A stretch of 21,919 bases of DNA, taken from assembly GCA_965662235.1 (NCBI GenBank), contig CBFIGY010000043.1, positions 1 to 21,919 on the forward strand, read 5' to 3'. Below, piece after piece: positions 17,512 through 21,919 of this stretch. The position numbers and the translations under genes are program-made. Every line of letters begins with the position of its first letter. Position 1 is the first letter of the stretch. The notes beneath the pieces were generated by a model. It was not told the origin of the DNA. It saw only the letters and a list, made by a program, of their open reading frames with translations, and made no database searches. Origin of the DNA: an uncultured bacterium (GTDB taxonomy: Bacteria; SAR324; NAC60-12).

Positions 17512-17945
17512 AAGACAGGGAGTGGAAACGAAGCCGTCTTCCGGATGCGGGGACGCTTTCGAGGGTGACCGGGGGTCTAGGTTACTACTTTACAACTGAA
17601 TAAGTCGAGAAAGATTCCCGCTCTCTCAAGAACCTGTTCGGCAGGAGGCGGCTCCTTCAGCTCCGCTCAGGGAACGGGACCGTCCGGAATGGGAGCCACT
17701 CAGGACAAAAGGAGCGCACACGGAGCCACACCGCAGGAAGGTTGCCTCCCATGTTTCAGAGATGCGATCAGATCTTGAATTTCCCCCAGTTGTTCTGCAT
17801 ACTTGTGAATGCCTCACCGCTTCAGGTGCTTGTTCAAGCGACGCCCTCCGGCGCCTCGACCTGATGCGTCCTTAAAAGGACCGCTGTTGCGAGGCACCCT
17901 TATTCCTGTTGCACTTCTTGGTGAACAGCAAAAAAGCTCCCAATC

Positions 17946-18020
17946 GCTCTCGTAGTTAAACGGATATAACATCGGATTCCGGTTCCGAGGTTCCAGGTTC
18001 GATTCCTGGCGAGAGCACCA
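17946..18020 (+). tRNA. tRNA-Arg (anticodon CCG)
   Basis: Acceptor GCTCTCG/CGAGAGC, D-arm GTTA/TAAC, anticodon arm TCGGA-TTCCGGT-TCCGA (CCG at 17979-17981), T-arm CCAGG-TTCGATT-CCTGG, encoded ACCA end. Confidence 0.97.
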
Positions 18021-18220
18021 GCGTATCGCATTCCTCCTTTTCCTCGCTTCGTTTGCTTCCTGCAGAATCGACTGGACCTTGATCCGTGTCAACAGGCATG
18101 AAAGAATAGCTCGCTTCGAGCAGGTGCTACGGATTTCCGCCGTTGGCCTTTCTCTTTCGCATGGACATTTTCCCTTCTGGAAAACCTCCACAGCAGGAGC
18201 CCCCTCTCATTGAGTGCCCC

Positions 18221-18772
18221 ATGAAAAACGGTTACGTCTTACGGATTGATCTCGACTTCATTAAGCCTCCCATCTGGCGTCGTATGGAGGTTCCCCCCAA
18301 CATGACACTCGGTCAGCTGCACTTTGCGCTGCAACTCGCCATGGGGTGGGAAAATGCCCACATGCACCTGTTTCAGGTTGAAGGACAGGACTACGGAGAC
18401 AAAGAGCTTGATGACTTTGATGAGCGGGTGAACGAGGACTGGATCATGCTGAAGCGTGTTCTCCGCGATGATGTCCGGAAGTTTCATTACCTTTACGACT
18501 TTGGCGACGACTGGAGCCACACGATCAAGGTCGAAGGCGAAAGCAAGTCCAAGGTGCACCAGATTCGGGTCTTGAAGGGGAAGCGCGCTTGCCCGCCCGA
18601 GGACTGCGGCGGACACTGGGGCTATGAGCACCTGCTGGACGTCCTAGCAGACCCTCACCATCAGGAACATGCTTCCATGAAGGAGTGGCTGGGTGGAGAG
18701 TTTGACCCGGAAGCATTTGACCTCGACGCCATCAACGAGCGCCTGCTGCGCTGGCAGCTGACCGGTCCGTAA
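18221..18772 (+). CDS. Plasmid pRiA4b ORF-3 family protein
   Basis: YVLRIDL..IKPPIWRR.EVP...TLGQLH..LQLAMGWENAHMHLF, YLYDFGDDWSH, GKRACPPEDCGG..GY, FDPEAFDLDAINERL. Start at MKNGYV (18221). Confidence 0.92.
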   Translation: MKNGYVLRIDLDFIKPPIWRRMEVPPNMTLGQLHFALQLAMGWENAHMHLFQVEGQDYGDKELDDFDERVNEDWIMLKRVLRDDVRKFHYLYDFGDDWSHTIKVEGESKSKVHQIRVLKGKRACPPEDCGGHWGYEHLLDVLADPHHQEHASMKEWLGGEFDPEAFDLDAINERLLRWQLTGP

Positions 18773-18854
18773 CGCCTCTACCGGAACCGGAATGAGCCCT
18801 TCGCCGGCTTGCCCCCAACGACGAAGGGAGACGGGCTTTTTCCCTGCTGCCTTC

Positions 18855-21614
18855 ATGTACGTGAGTTCCTACTCAGGCCACTGTCGCCCCTCTGGCATCT
18901 GGAGGATCCTCAGCGGGTTCGTTTTCCTCGTCGGTGTTCTGTTTCCTCAGGGCGCCTGGGCGCAGCCGCCGGTTCAGGTGACACCAGGCTTTGAGCATCA
19001 GCTGCTGGGCCCGCACCTGGACTATCTGGAAGACCCCACCGGAACGCTGGAGCTGGCCGACCTGCTTTCTCCTGAAGTTGCTTCCCGGTTCCAACCAAAC
19101 GATCAGTTCATTTTCAGTGCAGGACTGGTGGAGTCCCCCTTCTGGTTCCGCTTTTCGATCACCAACACCACCCGCCAGGTCCAAAAACTGATCCTGTTTC
19201 AGGACTACGAATTCAACCGCTTTGACCTTTACGCCCTTGATGCCGAGGGAGAGGTGCAGGAGGTGATTTCCAAGAGCCTGATTGAACAACTGGAAGCAGG
19301 GGTAACGCGGGAGAGCCTCCTGGGAACCTCCCTCACGGTCCCTCCCGAAGCCACCGGGACCTACTACCTCCGGCTGGACACGCAGTTTGACATGAAGGCG
19401 CTGCTGTCTCTGTGGACCCCGGAAGCCCGCACGCATCAAGACTTCCGGGAGCACCACTCCTATGGGTGGGCCTGGGGGGGCATTCTGATCTTCATCGTCT
19501 TCTTCCTCATCATCTTTCTCTCCCTCCAGGAGCGGGTCTACCTCTACTACTCTCTGTTCCTCCTTTCGTTCCTCAGTTTTCGGATTCTTGAACGAATCTG
19601 GGTGGACCTCTTCTTCTTCAAGGCCGAGTGGGTGTACGAAATCGTGCTGGCCTCCATCTACGCGACCCTCGTTTTTGGGGTCAAGTTTTCTCAAAACCTG
19701 CTCGGGATCGCTCAAACCTACCCGCGCTTCAATCAAGCGGTCAACGGAGCCTTGGCTCTGCTGCTGGGCGCGATTTTACTCTCCGGAGACCTCTTTTCCG
19801 CCTTTGCCTTCATCCCCTTCTCCATCCTGGCCCTGGTTCCTCTGGTGTGGATCATCGGGGTGCTGTCGTGGCGCCAGAAGAACGAGGTCGCCCCCTACTT
19901 CCTTTCCGGACTCGGCGTGCTTGCTGTCGCCTCCACGGCGTTCCCCCTCATGACTTTGGGGGTCCTGAACTACCACCCCCTCATCCGCCTCAGCATTGAA
20001 CTCGCCTCTCTGCTGGACTGCATCATTTTCTCCATTGCGCTCTCCGTCCGCTTCCGTCAAACCTATCAGGAGCGTGACCAGTCTCAGCGCCAGGCCATTG
20101 AACGTCTCCGGGAAAACGGCCGGCTCCGCAACAGCTTCCTCGCCAGCATCTCCCATGAACTCCGGACCCCGCTGCATGGCATCATCGGCCTCACCGAAAC
20201 CGTTCTGCGGGAGGTCTGGCCCCAGGCAAAAACCGGGACCCAGCTCAAGCTGATCCTCCGGAGTGCCAAACGCCTCAACCGTCTGGTGGACAACCTCCTT
20301 GATGTCTCCTTTGGCCCCCACAAGGGCCTGTCCATTTACCAAGAGCCCTTCTCGCTGGCGCCCCTTGTCCAGGAAATCCTCACCCTGGTCAGCTCTCAGG
20401 CCACGCACGCTTCAGTGGTGCTGACCAATGAGGTCCCGGCAACTCTACCACCCGTTTATGCGGACCATGCACGGATTGAGCAGGTCCTCATCAACCTCAT
20501 TCGCAATGCGCAGAAGTATGCTCCGGAAGGCGGCGTGACCGTGCGGGCGTTCCCACAAGAATCCCACATTCGGGTGGAGGTTCTCGATCGAGGACGCGGA
20601 GTCCCAGAAGCCGACCGAGAACGGATCTTCCACCCCTTTGAGCAGGGAAAGAACGCTTCTCACCACGAGGAAGAGGGGCTGGGTTTAGGACTCAGCATCT
20701 GCCGAGAAATCATTGAGGCGCATGGGGGCACCATTGGGGTCGACGAGCATCTTGGCGGAGGAAGCTGCTTCTGGTTCACACTGCCTCAGGCTCCTGAAGA
20801 GGCAACCGCCTCGCCCCCCTCCTCTCCAACCGTTTGGGAGGACGAACCCCTTGAGCTTCCGGACTCGCTCAATCAGCGTTCCGAATCGTCGCAGGGAAGC
20901 ATCTTGTTGGTGGATGATGAGTTGACCAACCTGCACATCCTCATGAACCACCTGCTGGAGATGAACCTGAACATCCACAGCTGCACCAACGGGCAGGAGG
21001 CCCTGGATCAGTGGCGCAGTAACGAGTTTGACCTGATTCTGCTGGACGTGCGGATGCCGAACATGGATGGGTATGAGATCTGTGAAATCATCCGGCAGGT
21101 GGACTCCAAGGAGAAGCTTCCCATCCTCTTCCTCAGTGCCCTGACGCGTAGTGAGGACATCACCCTTGGACTGGAGGCCGGAGCAAACGACTACCTCTTC
21201 AAGCCCCTTGTCAAAGCGGAACTGCAGGCACGGGTGCTTTCGTACCTCGAGCTGGCACGGTTGCGGCGCGCCAGAGAAGCGGGGCTTCCCCCGGAAGGCG
21301 CGTACTCCAAACAGGAGCTGCTTGCCCTAGCCATGCAGACGAGTGTTCAGGTGTGGGAACAGCGGTTTGGCAAGGACCTGGTTGCCCTGGCCCAGGAGTC
21401 GAAACTCTGGGGAGCCTACTTGGACAAAACCAACAGCGTTTGGAAAACCCCCAGCCTCCGGCAGTACCTAGCGGTGAGCACCATTCCCAGCAAGCCCCGC
21501 TGGCGGAAGGTGTCGCAGACCCTGGAGTTCCTGGCCTACCGGCTGGAGGAGTCCGATCCGGACCGTCAGAAGCTCCTGAGCCTGCTCGCGCAGATCCTGA
21601 ACGCTTATTCCTGA
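18855..21614 (+). CDS. Hybrid sensor histidine kinase (paralog of 1226-3988): 7TMR-DISMED2, 7TM, HisKA, HATPase, REC, and ChiS-family DNA-binding domain
   Basis: Signal-like ..GVLFPQGAWA-QP; LGPHLDYLED..WFRFSITN..YYLRLDTQFDMKA; ISHELRTPL; QVLINLIRNAQKY; DRGRG; GLGLGLSIC; ILLVDD..LDVRMPNMDG..LSA..KP; C-terminal AQESKLWGAYL..LRQYL..IPSKPRWRKV. Start ATG 18855, or 18792 per the ORF track. Confidence 0.93.
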   Translation: MYVSSYSGHCRPSGIWRILSGFVFLVGVLFPQGAWAQPPVQVTPGFEHQLLGPHLDYLEDPTGTLELADLLSPEVASRFQPNDQFIFSAGLVESPFWFRFSITNTTRQVQKLILFQDYEFNRFDLYALDAEGEVQEVISKSLIEQLEAGVTRESLLGTSLTVPPEATGTYYLRLDTQFDMKALLSLWTPEARTHQDFREHHSYGWAWGGILIFIVFFLIIFLSLQERVYLYYSLFLLSFLSFRILERIWVDLFFFKAEWVYEIVLASIYATLVFGVKFSQNLLGIAQTYPRFNQAVNGALALLLGAILLSGDLFSAFAFIPFSILALVPLVWIIGVLSWRQKNEVAPYFLSGLGVLAVASTAFPLMTLGVLNYHPLIRLSIELASLLDCIIFSIALSVRFRQTYQERDQSQRQAIERLRENGRLRNSFLASISHELRTPLHGIIGLTETVLREVWPQAKTGTQLKLILRSAKRLNRLVDNLLDVSFGPHKGLSIYQEPFSLAPLVQEILTLVSSQATHASVVLTNEVPATLPPVYADHARIEQVLINLIRNAQKYAPEGGVTVRAFPQESHIRVEVLDRGRGVPEADRERIFHPFEQGKNASHHEEEGLGLGLSICREIIEAHGGTIGVDEHLGGGSCFWFTLPQAPEEATASPPSSPTVWEDEPLELPDSLNQRSESSQGSILLVDDELTNLHILMNHLLEMNLNIHSCTNGQEALDQWRSNEFDLILLDVRMPNMDGYEICEIIRQVDSKEKLPILFLSALTRSEDITLGLEAGANDYLFKPLVKAELQARVLSYLELARLRRAREAGLPPEGAYSKQELLALAMQTSVQVWEQRFGKDLVALAQESKLWGAYLDKTNSVWKTPSLRQYLAVSTIPSKPRWRKVSQTLEFLAYRLEESDPDRQKLLSLLAQILNAYS

Positions 21615-21620
21615 AGAAAG

Positions 21621-21698
21621 GTTCCGGTCAGCAACCGGAGCGGCAAGAGGAAGGAAACAGAAGAAGGGAGGGGACCGGGCAAACGCGTGCCTGCCCGG
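21621..21698. terminator. Two hairpins between the convergent kinase 2 and fliG genes
   Basis: Plus strand GTTCCGGT-CAGCA-ACCGGAGC (21621-21641). Minus strand CCGGGCAGGC-ACGC-GTTTGCCCGG (21698-21675) followed by a pyrimidine tract. U-tracts are weak. Confidence 0.4.
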
Positions 21699-21716
21699 GA
21701 GGAAAAAAGGAAGCGG

Positions 21717-21919
21717 TCAGACGACGTCGGAACCGCCGGCACCGGCGATGACGATCTTGCCTTCCTCTTCGAGCTTCTTGACCACCTTGATGATCTTCTG
21801 CTGAGCGCCTTCGACATCGGACACCTTGACGGGCCCAAGGTTCTCCAGATCGTCTCGGACCATCTCAGCCGCCCGAGAGGACATGGAGGTGAAGATGAGC
21901 TCCCGGATGGCGTCGCTGG
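21717..21919 (-). CDS. fliG: Flagellar motor switch protein FliG, 3' end (gene starts beyond the right edge)
   Basis: Hand translation SDAIRELIFTSMSSRAAEMVRDDLENLGPVKVSDVEGAQQKIIKVVKKLEEEGKIVIAGAGGSDVV*, matching the FliG C-terminal torque-helix motif MSxRA...DD...GPVxxSxVExAQ. Not in the ORF track. Confidence 0.95.
   Translation of the reverse strand, partial: SDAIRELIFTSMSSRAAEMVRDDLENLGPVKVSDVEGAQQKIIKVVKKLEEEGKIVIAGAGGSDVV

Noticed and set aside
17814..18191. 125-aa minus-strand ORF
   Set aside because: It is the antisense reading of tRNA-Arg (the WCSRQESNLEP..PML pattern is a typical tRNA shadow).
17946..18772. Active integrative element at tRNA-Arg
   Set aside because: I saw no integrase or transposase and no second copy of the tRNA 3' end in the window. 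pRiA4b ORF-3 genes alone do not define a mobile element.

Overview
GC-rich bacterial chromosomal window, possibly a flagellated SAR324/deltaproteobacterium-like lineage (inference only). From left to right: the 5' part of an Ig-like + NHL-repeat lipoprotein gene (missed by the ORF track) and a small upstream gene; a 7TMR-DISM hybrid sensor kinase; a ~13 kb sugar-acid catabolic cluster; tRNA-Arg(CCG); a pRiA4b ORF-3 family gene; a second, paralogous 7TMR-DISM hybrid kinase; and the 3' end of fliG (also missed by the ORF track). The catabolic cluster holds a BNR/sialidase-like protein, a family-5 ABC importer, an Fe-ADH, a DapA-family aldolase, PdxA2, a FadR regulator, a DUF1537 kinase and a DMT transporter. 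Three points stand out. (1) Both kinases end in a ~100-aa domain I recognise as the ChiS-family DNA-binding domain, so they look like membrane-embedded receptor-kinase-transcription factors with no separate response regulator. (2) Directly downstream of kinase 1, upstream of the lipoprotein operon, are four GCGGTTT boxes in two tandem pairs, which are candidate binding sites. (3) The gene content of the catabolic cluster suggests an uncharacterised pathway, possibly for a 7-carbon ulosonic acid, feeding the tetronate route. All family assignments come from motif recognition by eye, not from database searches.
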